Of a stretch of 46,342 bases of DNA, positions 17,768 through 25,955 are shown one piece after another. A model generated the notes under the pieces. The model was given only the letters and a program-made list of their open reading frames with translations, was not told the DNA's origin and did not search any database. The stretch covers positions 1-46,342 of the forward strand of contig JAWALG010000003.1 in assembly GCA_038886995.1 (NCBI GenBank), given 5' to 3'. Source of the stretch: Candidatus Iainarchaeum sp. (GTDB lineage: Archaea; Iainarchaeota; Iainarchaeia; Iainarchaeales; DTGL01). The translations under genes and the position numbers were made by a program. How positions within the stretch are numbered: the first letter of the stretch is position 1; each line of letters opens with the position of its first letter.

Positions 17768-18154
17768 CTAAACCTTTAATTCTTTTAGGCCACCACGAAG
17801 TACTGCCAACCTTGCTTTGTCGTAAAGTTCGATAAACCTTTTTCCTAGGTCTGTGAGGTAGTAAAACTCTTTGTTTGTTGCTTTAAACCTGCCTACAAGT
17901 CCGATCTTTTCAAGAAGTGTTAAAATTTCAAGAAGGTCTTCTTTTTCAATGTAAGGGAATACTGATCCAAGCATTATAAGGTCTTTTGCGTTTTTTAAGT
18001 ATCTAAGTATTTGTATGAAAAGAGTGGAATGAAGTATTGGAAACAAAACAGGGTATTTCTCAATGAAATGCATTAGTTCCCTGTATGAGTTCTCTAGAGA
18101 ATCGGTTTGAACATTGTCTGGAGCTGCTTCATCAGGCATAATAGCAATACGCAT
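17768..18154 (-). CDS. Winged helix-turn-helix protein
   Basis: LEILTLLEKIGLV...YYLTDLGKRF wing signature. Confidence 0.7.
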   Translation of the reverse strand: MRIAIMPDEAAPDNVQTDSLENSYRELMHFIEKYPVLFPILHSTLFIQILRYLKNAKDLIMLGSVFPYIEKEDLLEILTLLEKIGLVGRFKATNKEFYYLTDLGKRFIELYDKARLAVLRGGLKELKV

Positions 18155-18159
18155 TTACA

Positions 18160-19749
18160 TTATATAAGTCTTTTGTAAAGATATGGTCCTTTGTCTTTAT
18201 ATCCAAACTTTTTTCTATAGTATTCCTTAACCCCTATCCCAGAAATTACAAAAATATTTTTTCGCCCAAAGCCCTCTTTCGTTATGCGCTCAGCTTCATT
18301 TATGAGTTTTGCTCCGAGACCTTGGTGTTGTATTTCATTTGCCCTTTTTTCACCTAGAAGCAGTGGTTCGCCGAGGACGCGGAGTTCCCTTATTATTGCT
18401 GCCTTATTGGCTATCTCACGCCTGAATGACCTTTCAGGGATTCTAAGGCGGCAATATGCATAAAGCAATTCTCTATTTTTATCCTCAAACGATAGAAAGA
18501 TCTCAGTGCCTTTGCTTGCACAATATTCATCCTTAAAAAGTTTTAGGTCATGTAGTGAGAGCTCTTTTCCTTTAGAAAGCTGATTCAACTTTGCTTCCCT
18601 GCACCTTATGCACTTGCAGAAATCACCATTCTTAGCCAGCTCCTCGTGCACTATTTGCCTCAGGTTGCTCTTCTTCACTCCGGCTTCTATTATCTGTGCA
18701 GGTATATCTCGCTGCACTCGCATTATGCGTGCCCAATAAGGCACATATCTTTTCATTTTAGCAATGAGCTTTGCGGCCTTTTCGGTGTCAAGAGGAGTGT
18801 ATGCACGCGTTGCAAACATTTTGCTTAACTCAGTTCCTTTTATCACTAGGCAGGGGTATAGCTTAATGTTGTCAGGCATGAATTCTCCAGAAGAAAAAAG
18901 CTTCTTGAAGTTATAAAGGTCATCCTCGGGTGCAGTATAAGGCAAGCCAGGCATAATGTGGTAGCAGACCTTAAAGCCGGCATCTTTAAGCAGACGAGTT
19001 GCTGTGGCTACATCTTTGACAGTATGGCCTCTTCTTATTTTCTTATATATTTCATCATCCGCTATTTGCACGCCTAGCTCACATCTTGTGCCGCCAAAGT
19101 TTAGCATTCTGTTAACATGAATTTTTTTGCAATAATCAGGCCTTGTCTCAAAGGTTATGCCAATTATCCTACGCTTGGATTTCTCTGCGATTTTCTTTGC
19201 ATCTTCCAATGAGTTTGATTTTTTCCCTGTTATGCCGTCAATAGCGCCTTTTACAAAAAATTTTTGGTATGAAACAGGTGTTGAAAGGAATGTGCCACCC
19301 ATTACAATGAGTTCAATCTTTGATGCATTATGGCCTGTCTCAACAAGCTGCCTTATGCGATCTTCAACCTGCTTTTTTGGGTCAAAATTTGACTGCAATG
19401 CACGCATTGTAGCCGGTTCTTTCCCAGTGTAGCTCTTAGGCGTTTCTTTAGAGATTTGGCTGCTAGGGCAATATATGCATCTTCCTGGGCACTTATGCGG
19501 CTTTGCCATAATAGCAATTACATTTATGCCTGAAGATGACCTAACTGGCTTCTTAGTAAGAAGTGCTGCTGTCTTGTCGCTTTTAGTAGATGCGTAACGC
19601 ATTATTGTTGGATTCGTGGGTATCTTCTTAAGCCCGTATTTTTTCGCAAGTTTAAGCTTTGCCTTGTTAAGCTGTGCTTTGCTTTTCAAACGGTCTGCCT
19701 CTATGAGTGCAATTATCTCTTTGCAGTATTTCTCTTCGGCTTTGCTCAT
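18160..19749 (-). CDS. elp3: Elp3 tRNA uridine(34) acetyltransferase (radical SAM + GNAT)
   Basis: CPGRCIYCP, PKSYTGKEPA, MGGTF, ETRPD, ELGVQ, RVQRDIP, CIRCRE, QHQGLG, VISGIGVKEYY. Confidence 0.95.
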   Translation of the reverse strand: MSKAEEKYCKEIIALIEADRLKSKAQLNKAKLKLAKKYGLKKIPTNPTIMRYASTKSDKTAALLTKKPVRSSSGINVIAIMAKPHKCPGRCIYCPSSQISKETPKSYTGKEPATMRALQSNFDPKKQVEDRIRQLVETGHNASKIELIVMGGTFLSTPVSYQKFFVKGAIDGITGKKSNSLEDAKKIAEKSKRRIIGITFETRPDYCKKIHVNRMLNFGGTRCELGVQIADDEIYKKIRRGHTVKDVATATRLLKDAGFKVCYHIMPGLPYTAPEDDLYNFKKLFSSGEFMPDNIKLYPCLVIKGTELSKMFATRAYTPLDTEKAAKLIAKMKRYVPYWARIMRVQRDIPAQIIEAGVKKSNLRQIVHEELAKNGDFCKCIRCREAKLNQLSKGKELSLHDLKLFKDEYCASKGTEIFLSFEDKNRELLYAYCRLRIPERSFRREIANKAAIIRELRVLGEPLLLGEKRANEIQHQGLGAKLINEAERITKEGFGRKNIFVISGIGVKEYYRKKFGYKDKGPYLYKRLI

Positions 19750-20525
19750 TTAGATCTTATTAAAAAGGAGCTCGCAAGAGCATTTAAAAGGTACCCTGGC
19801 AGCAGAGAAACTGAGAAGAAAGGCATTGAATAAATTGCCGTGGTGTATTTTGCACCCAAGGATGGTGTTACTTTCATTGTTGCCTCAAGCTCATTAAAAA
19901 CAGTTCCAGAAAGAGCCGACTTTACTGTGAAGGCAAATCTCTTGTAACCAGGTGTGAAAGCGTTTACTCCGAGTTTAATTGTTTTAGAGCTTTGTTTAGC
20001 TAAAGAAACCCTTTGTGTTGCAAACCACGTCTCGGGCAATGAGCTTGTTATTTCAACGCTGTGCTCTGCCAAGCTTTCGTTGGTCAGAACTAGCTCAAAC
20101 TCCGGCTTGCTACCAACGTTGCAGTCCTCGTGCGTAGTATTCAGAATGGCTTTAACAAGATCATTCCGCACGTAAACAGCGAGGTTAAATGATTCTTCTA
20201 CACCTGTCTTGCTATCCCTTAAAGTTATTTCAGTGTTAGTCACACTCAAACTTGCATCCAAAGGCACGGTGAGGACAAGCCTTATTGTCTTATCTAGGAC
20301 TTGTGCAGTATATGGCCAAGGGCTCTTGACTGTTATATGGTCCCATTGAGAGTTGGGGCTTTTCCTATCGAATATAAAGACAATATTCTCGCCTGGCTGT
20401 GCGTACTTTGCCTCAAACAGACCATTTTTTTCAAGTATGGCTTCATTGGGGCTGTTCACAATTACACTTGCATTTGCACTAAAGCAGATAATGAGCATAA
20501 TCGAAAAAACAACCTTTTTTAACAT
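19746..20525 (-). CDS. Exported beta-sandwich (Ig-like) protein with hydrophobic C-terminus
   Basis: Signal peptide MLKKVVFSIMLIICFSANA, beta-rich body, hydrophobic C-terminal tail. Confidence 0.6.
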   Translation of the reverse strand: MLKKVVFSIMLIICFSANASVIVNSPNEAILEKNGLFEAKYAQPGENIVFIFDRKSPNSQWDHITVKSPWPYTAQVLDKTIRLVLTVPLDASLSVTNTEITLRDSKTGVEESFNLAVYVRNDLVKAILNTTHEDCNVGSKPEFELVLTNESLAEHSVEITSSLPETWFATQRVSLAKQSSKTIKLGVNAFTPGYKRFAFTVKSALSGTVFNELEATMKVTPSLGAKYTTAIYSMPFFSVSLLPGYLLNALASSFLIRSK

Positions 20526-20579
20526 TTAAACCACATAAAATTATACGATGCAAAGAAAAAAATACTTAATGGTGGTGCC

Positions 20580-21215
20580 TTGAAAATACTTGCGCTCAGT
20601 GATGTGCACCAAAGGGAAGAAAACTTAAAGTCAATAATGCAGAAAGTGCAAAATTTCAAAATAGAGTTAGCAGTCATAGCTGGTGACCTTACTAATTATG
20701 GCGACAGCACAGATGCATCGAAAATTGTCGATATATTGAAAGCACCAAAAATACTCGCTGTTCCCGGAAACCTCGACGGAAGCAATGTCTTGGAATTTCT
20801 TGAGAAGAGCGGGTTATCTTTGCACAAAAAATTGATTTCTTATAATGGCTTTGATTTTTGTGGTTTTGGTGGTGGCCTTTTAGGCAAGACGGGTGAGCTC
20901 CTATCATCTGAACTTGAGATAGAGAACTGCCTCAGAAAAATTGTAACGAAAGGAAGCATACTTGTAACTCACTTGCCACCAAAAGAAACATCTCTGGATT
21001 TAGCAGAAGGTGAGCATATAGGCAGCTTGGCTGTCAAAAAGATAATTTTGGAGAAGAGGCCTTTCATGCACATATGTGGCCATGCTCATGAAGCACATGG
21101 TAGGATAAAAGTAGGTGAAACTGTTTGCATAAATGTAGCATCTGTAAAAGAGGGCTTTGCTAGCATCATCGACATAAGAGATAATAAAGTACAGGTTAAG
21201 AGGATATCTGCATGA
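20580..21215 (+). CDS. Calcineurin-like metallophosphoesterase
   Basis: LSDVH, AGDLT, VPGNLD, TH-PP, CGHAHE. Confidence 0.88.
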   Translation: MKILALSDVHQREENLKSIMQKVQNFKIELAVIAGDLTNYGDSTDASKIVDILKAPKILAVPGNLDGSNVLEFLEKSGLSLHKKLISYNGFDFCGFGGGLLGKTGELLSSELEIENCLRKIVTKGSILVTHLPPKETSLDLAEGEHIGSLAVKKIILEKRPFMHICGHAHEAHGRIKVGETVCINVASVKEGFASIIDIRDNKVQVKRISA

Positions 21216-21802
21216 ATGAAGATAGCGTAAGGTTCAGCATGGTAAAGACAAGACACAAAAATCGACTCGAAGAAGCAATAAAAAAGGGTGAGGCAGATAA
21301 GCTAATCTGCAATCTTTGCAAGCTTATTAACAGCAAAAAAAATTTTTTCACATCTTCAAGCTGCAGCGGGAGGATAATTCTCCTTGGAATTTTTGGGAGG
21401 GGCAAAAACAATGCTTATTTCCATAGGAAGTGGCACTCAAAAGTTGGCTTTGCGGAAGTTTGGAATTCTTTGAATGAGGAAACTAAAGGCACGATTTGGT
21501 TCAAGATGGAATCATTTATAATCCATATTGGTGCCTTTAGCGAAAATGATGCAATAAAAATTCTTGATATAAAAAACAAGGCAGGCATAAAAAGAGGTGG
21601 CATCATATCACTGAAACCTGGCAAGATAATTGTTGAACTAATAGGCACAGAAGATATCGCGATACCTGTAAAAATGGGTGAAAATGTAATTGTAAGCGAA
21701 AGTTTCATGCGCGAAGCTGTAAACCAGGCAAACAAAAAAATGGAAGAGAACCTTAAGCGCTTGAAAGTTTTTGAAAGTGTAATAAGAAAGGAACTCAAGT
21801 AG
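21212..21802 (+). CDS. taw3: tRNA wyosine-pathway methyltransferase Tyw3/Taw3
   Basis: FTSSSCSGRI, KWH, IIH, AGIKRGGI. Confidence 0.88.
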   Translation: MNEDSVRFSMVKTRHKNRLEEAIKKGEADKLICNLCKLINSKKNFFTSSSCSGRIILLGIFGRGKNNAYFHRKWHSKVGFAEVWNSLNEETKGTIWFKMESFIIHIGAFSENDAIKILDIKNKAGIKRGGIISLKPGKIIVELIGTEDIAIPVKMGENVIVSESFMREAVNQANKKMEENLKRLKVFESVIRKELK

Positions 21803-21807
21803 GTTTT

Positions 21808-22338
21808 GTGATGAGGGCTTTCATTGCCATTAACATACCTGAAGGAGTTAAAGAAGAGATATGGAAAAAATTCTCTGGAAAGTTTAGTAGGAGAGGCATC
21901 AAAGCGGTTGAAAAAGAAAACCTGCATATAACCTTGCTTTTCTTAGGAGAGGTCCCAGACAGCTACGCAAATGACATAAGATCCAAACTTGAACCATTGG
22001 GTGCATTTGGGCAGTTTAAGCTATCACTTGGAGATGTTGGCTTTTTTGAGCCAAGGGTCCTTTGGATTGGTTTTTCAGAAGGTGAAGAAAAGCTAAAAGC
22101 CATACACAAAAAAGTTTGCTCACTTATAGGGGTTCCTGAAGAGCGCTTTTCAGCTCACCTCACAATTGCGAGAAACAAAAACCTAACAGCAAAAGAGTTC
22201 TGGAAATTAGCTGAGGAATGCAGAAAAGAAAAAGTTAGCGCATCTTTTGTTGTTTCGAGCATAGATATTATGAAATCGACTTTAACTAAGGCAGGCCCTA
22301 TATATGAAAAAATAGGGGAAGTTAAGCTTAGTGCTTGA
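21808..22338 (+). CDS. thpR: RNA 2',3'-cyclic phosphodiesterase (2H family)
   Basis: MRAFIAI, HITL, PRVLW, HLTIAR, STL...GPIYE. Confidence 0.9.
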   Translation: MMRAFIAINIPEGVKEEIWKKFSGKFSRRGIKAVEKENLHITLLFLGEVPDSYANDIRSKLEPLGAFGQFKLSLGDVGFFEPRVLWIGFSEGEEKLKAIHKKVCSLIGVPEERFSAHLTIARNKNLTAKEFWKLAEECRKEKVSASFVVSSIDIMKSTLTKAGPIYEKIGEVKLSA

Positions 22339-23890
22339 AAACCTTGTCTAGGACTGCTTTTGGATCTGTGTAATATTGTGTTATTATGTCTTGGACTTCG
22401 CCCCATTTGTTTATCCTGTTTGCAACCATCCACTCGAGAACATGCTGCCTTATTTCAATTTCTTGCATTATTTCGCTTTTGGTAAGACCTGTTGCCTCTG
22501 CAAACTTGTCTAGCATCCTTGAAGGCACATCTGTCTTGTCAATTGTGTCTTTGCGCTTGTTCCATTCATAGACATTGCTAAGCAATATCTTTTCTTCCAT
22601 GTGCTCTATCTCAGCAACCTCGCGAACACGCCTTATTAGGCCGTGTTGCTTTGTATAAACCTTAAACATGATAACGCCTAAATCAAGAAGTGGAATCATA
22701 TTAATAGGCACATTCATAGGGGCTGATTTAAGGCGCAGCACCATTTCTCTTGCAGTATTTGAATGTAGTGTTCCGAGAAGACCTTTATGGCCTGTGTCCA
22801 TTGCAACGAACATTGTTTGGGCCTCTTCGCCTCGGACTTCACCGACTATGAGCCTGTCGGGCCTCATACGAAGTGCATTCTTTAGCAGGTCATTCATTGA
22901 AACTTCGTTAAGGTTCATTATTTTTGGCCTCGATTCTAACTGTATAACATTTTCTCGTTCTCCAAGGTCTAACTCGAGTGTGTCTTCTATTGAGATTATT
23001 CGCTCCTCAGGCCTTATAAATGAACAAAGCGCGTTGAGCAGAGTTGTTTTTCCTGATCCGGCACCGCCGCTTATTATAATGTTGGCGGGGCTTAAGCGTA
23101 GGCCTTCAACCGCAAGCCATAAGAAAGCAGCTACTTCTGGGCTCAATGTTCTTTTTTCAATTAGTTCTATCACAGATATCGGGTTCTTGTTGAACTTCCT
23201 TATCGTAAGAGTGTATCCAAATGGAGTGACGCTCTTAAATGTAGCATTTACGCGAGAGCCGCCTGGAAGGCGTGCATCTAAAAGCGGATGCTCCTCATCA
23301 AATGCTTTGCCAATAGTGCCTGCTATTCTGCTTATTAACCTATATAGTGTTTGCTCTGTTTCAATTATGACATTTGTTCTGCAGGTGCCATATTTTTTGT
23401 GAAAGACAAAAACCGGCTTTCCTTTACCGTTTATCATTATCTCCTCGAGGTTTTCATCTTCCATGAACGGCTCAAGGAAGCTATAACCAACTGAGTCGCC
23501 TAAGATTTTAGAGATTATTTCTTCCTTTTTTTCTATATCTGGAAAATATTCATTGAAAAGTTTTAGCAGTGCGTTTTCAAGTTCTTTATAAGTATCATCA
23601 GAAGGTAGCTTTGTAAGCAGTTGGTTAACTTCTATCGTTTGGACAATTTCCCTATTGAAACGATCCGCGAACTCTTCTGCGCTCTCAATTGGCATAACTG
23701 CGCTCAGCTCTTCTATTGAATAAGAGCGCTTGACAGCGCTGGATAAAAAATCAATGAAGCGCTGTTGCTCAATTGTGAACTGGTTTGTCTTTACGGCGTA
23801 TAGCTTATATGGAACGCCATTGTAGATGTTTACCTGACCATATGACTCAAGAAGTTCTCCTTTTGTGAAAGTGGCTTTTTTTTCTGGCAT
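22328..23890 (-). CDS. Type IV pilus/secretion ATPase, CpaF/TadA/VirB11 family
   Basis: EEIMING, DARLPGGSRVNA, TIRKF, GGAGSGKTT, IEDTLEL, LRMRPDRLIVGEVRG, MDTGH, GTLH. Confidence 0.92.
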   Translation of the reverse strand: MPEKKATFTKGELLESYGQVNIYNGVPYKLYAVKTNQFTIEQQRFIDFLSSAVKRSYSIEELSAVMPIESAEEFADRFNREIVQTIEVNQLLTKLPSDDTYKELENALLKLFNEYFPDIEKKEEIISKILGDSVGYSFLEPFMEDENLEEIMINGKGKPVFVFHKKYGTCRTNVIIETEQTLYRLISRIAGTIGKAFDEEHPLLDARLPGGSRVNATFKSVTPFGYTLTIRKFNKNPISVIELIEKRTLSPEVAAFLWLAVEGLRLSPANIIISGGAGSGKTTLLNALCSFIRPEERIISIEDTLELDLGERENVIQLESRPKIMNLNEVSMNDLLKNALRMRPDRLIVGEVRGEEAQTMFVAMDTGHKGLLGTLHSNTAREMVLRLKSAPMNVPINMIPLLDLGVIMFKVYTKQHGLIRRVREVAEIEHMEEKILLSNVYEWNKRKDTIDKTDVPSRMLDKFAEATGLTKSEIMQEIEIRQHVLEWMVANRINKWGEVQDIITQYYTDPKAVLDKVFKH

Positions 23891-23955
23891 CAAATCACTC
23901 TAAGATTTCAAATATAATTAAAAGGTTTTCAATATTAAAAGGTTACTGTGTTGTT

Positions 23956-25320
23956 ATGGAAGACAAAGTGGCAAGAATACTTGAGGAAGTATCGAGGAGA
24001 ATAACTCCTACCGATGATGAGAAGGAAAAGGAGCTTGAGGTAGTTAGGAAGATAATAAGAAGGATTTCTGGTTCAAGAAGAGGTATAAAAGCACTGCTTT
24101 GCGGCTCTTTGGCTAGGGACACGCACCTGCGCGGCGAAAGAGACCTTGACATATTTGTGCTTTTCAACAAAAATGTGCCAAAGCAGGAATTTGAGAAAGA
24201 AGGCATAAAAGTTGGGCTAGAAGCACTTGCTGGTTATGAGCATTGGCTTGAGTATAGCGAACACCCTTATGTTAAAGGCATTGTTGATGGCTACGAGGTT
24301 GAAATTGTCCCTTGCTACAAGGTAAAGAAGGCCTGTGAGCTTAAGAGCTCTGTTGACAGATCTCCTTTCCATGCAAGATTCCTTAAGAGGAATTTAAAGC
24401 CAGAGCAAAGGAAAGAAGCACGGTTATTGAAAGCATTTATGAAAGGCATTGGCTGCTATGGTGCAGACATATCAAAAGAAGGTTTTTCAGGATACTTGGC
24501 TGAGCTGCTAATATTAAAATATGGGGATTTTATAAGCTGCATAAAAGCAGCATCTGAATGGAGACCAGGCCTAAGAATAGCCCTAGATGAAAAACATCTG
24601 CGCAAGTGTGATGCCTTAGGCAATCTTGTCTTTCCAGATCCAACAGATCCAAAAAGGAATGTTGCCTCTGCTGTTAGCTTAGAGCAGTTCGCAAGGTTTG
24701 TTGCTGCAAGCAAAGCATTCCTTAAAAGACCTTCAAAAAAGTTCTTCTTTGGCGAAAAAAAGAAAAAAATAAGCAAAGCCAATGCAATAAGGGCAATAAA
24801 GAAACGCAACCTTGTAGTGGTTAAAATAGACCTTAAAACACTTCGAGGTAGAGACACAATACATGGGCAAATGAAAAGGTTCAAAAATCTTGTATCTGGC
24901 TGGCTAAAGAGAAATGGCTTCTTGGTGCTCAACGAAGTTGTAATTGACTTGGAGAGCACAGTATACTGTGCTGTAGAGGTGGAAGAAAAAAAGCTTGGGA
25001 ACCTAAAGAAGATAACGGGTCCGCCTGTGTTCGACGAGAGAAATGTTGCAGCATTCCTTAAGAAGCACAAGAAGATTGTTTCTGGCCCAAGGATAGAAAA
25101 TGACCGCATTGTTATAGTCGAAGAAGCAAAGGGCAGGGTTGATTTCATAGTTGTAAAGGAAATAGTTAATTTCTTATCGAAAAGGGGCAAAGAGCCACTA
25201 AAATCATTGCTAAAAAGCGCAAAGGTGCTTGAAGGCAAAACGCTAATTAAGGAATGTGAGAAAAGCACTTTCAGAGAAGCACTGATAGAGTTTGTAATAG
25301 GAAAAGAGGTTTTCTTTTAG
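23956..25320 (+). CDS. cca: Archaeal class I CCA-adding enzyme
   Basis: GSLARDTHLRGERDLDIF, YSEHPYV, SSVDRSPFH, GFSGYLAELL, DPTDPKRNVASA. Confidence 0.95.
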   Translation: MEDKVARILEEVSRRITPTDDEKEKELEVVRKIIRRISGSRRGIKALLCGSLARDTHLRGERDLDIFVLFNKNVPKQEFEKEGIKVGLEALAGYEHWLEYSEHPYVKGIVDGYEVEIVPCYKVKKACELKSSVDRSPFHARFLKRNLKPEQRKEARLLKAFMKGIGCYGADISKEGFSGYLAELLILKYGDFISCIKAASEWRPGLRIALDEKHLRKCDALGNLVFPDPTDPKRNVASAVSLEQFARFVAASKAFLKRPSKKFFFGEKKKKISKANAIRAIKKRNLVVVKIDLKTLRGRDTIHGQMKRFKNLVSGWLKRNGFLVLNEVVIDLESTVYCAVEVEEKKLGNLKKITGPPVFDERNVAAFLKKHKKIVSGPRIENDRIVIVEEAKGRVDFIVVKEIVNFLSKRGKEPLKSLLKSAKVLEGKTLIKECEKSTFREALIEFVIGKEVFF

Positions 25321-25331
25321 CCGTATTTTAA

Positions 25332-25423
25332 TGGCCCCGGAGGGACTTGAACCCTCAACCTGCCGGTATCACCAAACTAAAAATTCCGAAGCCGGCTGCT
25401 CTGTCCTATTAAGCTACGGGACC
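25332..25423 (-). tRNA. tRNA-Arg(TCG) with an 18-nt intron at 37/38
   Basis: GGTCCCG/CGGGGCC acceptor stem; GCCGG-CTTCGG[AATTTTTAGTTTGGTGAT]A-CCGGC; T-arm GAGGG-TTCAAGT-CCCTC. Intron at 25368-25385. Confidence 0.9.
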
Positions 25424-25486
25424 TGTAGAACTATTTAAAAATATAGTGTTAAAAGAATTAATAATTACTGCTACTTAGGTGGAAAT

Positions 25487-25642
25487 ATGAAAAGGTGCGG
25501 TACTTGTAATGTGAGTGTGACAAATGACTATGTTGAGTTTAAATGCCCAAATTGCTTAAAAGCAACCATAATAAGATGTGACAGCTGCAGGAGGAAGGGC
25601 AAGCTTTACAAATGCCCTGAATGTGGCTTTGTGGGGCCTTAA
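25487..25642 (+). CDS. Small zinc-ribbon protein (DUF1610-like), absent from the ORF track
   Basis: MKRCGTCNVSVTNDYVEFKCPNCLKATIIRCDSCRRKGKLYKCPECGFVGP*, four CxxC motifs, AGGTGG SD, sits upstream of EF-1beta. Confidence 0.9.
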   Translation: MKRCGTCNVSVTNDYVEFKCPNCLKATIIRCDSCRRKGKLYKCPECGFVGP

Positions 25643-25658
25643 AGCCAAAGGTGATTTT

Positions 25659-25916
25659 ATGGCTGAAAATATAGCAGTTTTTAGGATAATGCCTGAAGAA
25701 CCAGGCCATGAAAATGAGATAAAGAAAAAACTCTCAAGCATTAAGTCAGCTAACCTCAAGGACACTAAAATTGAGCCCTTTGCCTTTGGCCTCAATTCAA
25801 TTAACGCTGTTTTTGTTTTAGAGGAACGCGAAGGCGCCTTGGATGCCCTTGAGGAAGAAATAAAAAAAATAAAACATGTAAGCGATGTTCGCCTTGAGCA
25901 TATAACCAGAATCTAA
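25659..25916 (+). CDS. ef1b: Translation elongation factor aEF-1beta
   Basis: FRIMPEEP, EPFAFGL, LDALEEEIKKIKHVSDV. ATG at 25659 after AGGTGA. Confidence 0.9.
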   Translation: MAENIAVFRIMPEEPGHENEIKKKLSSIKSANLKDTKIEPFAFGLNSINAVFVLEEREGALDALEEEIKKIKHVSDVRLEHITRI

Positions 25917-25955
25917 CTGAAATGTAATTTAAAGGTAATTGACAAAAATGTTTTT

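Noticed and set aside
20580-21215. Mre11
   Set aside because: At 211 aa it lacks the capping and Rad50-binding regions; its motifs are those of a generic small metallophosphoesterase.
22668-25268. Long antisense ORFs (22668-23402, 24456-25268; also 1614-2216, 6820-7497, 26582-27205, 40238-40918)
   Set aside because: Shadow frames of well-supported genes, with Ser/Phe/Leu-rich composition and no motifs.
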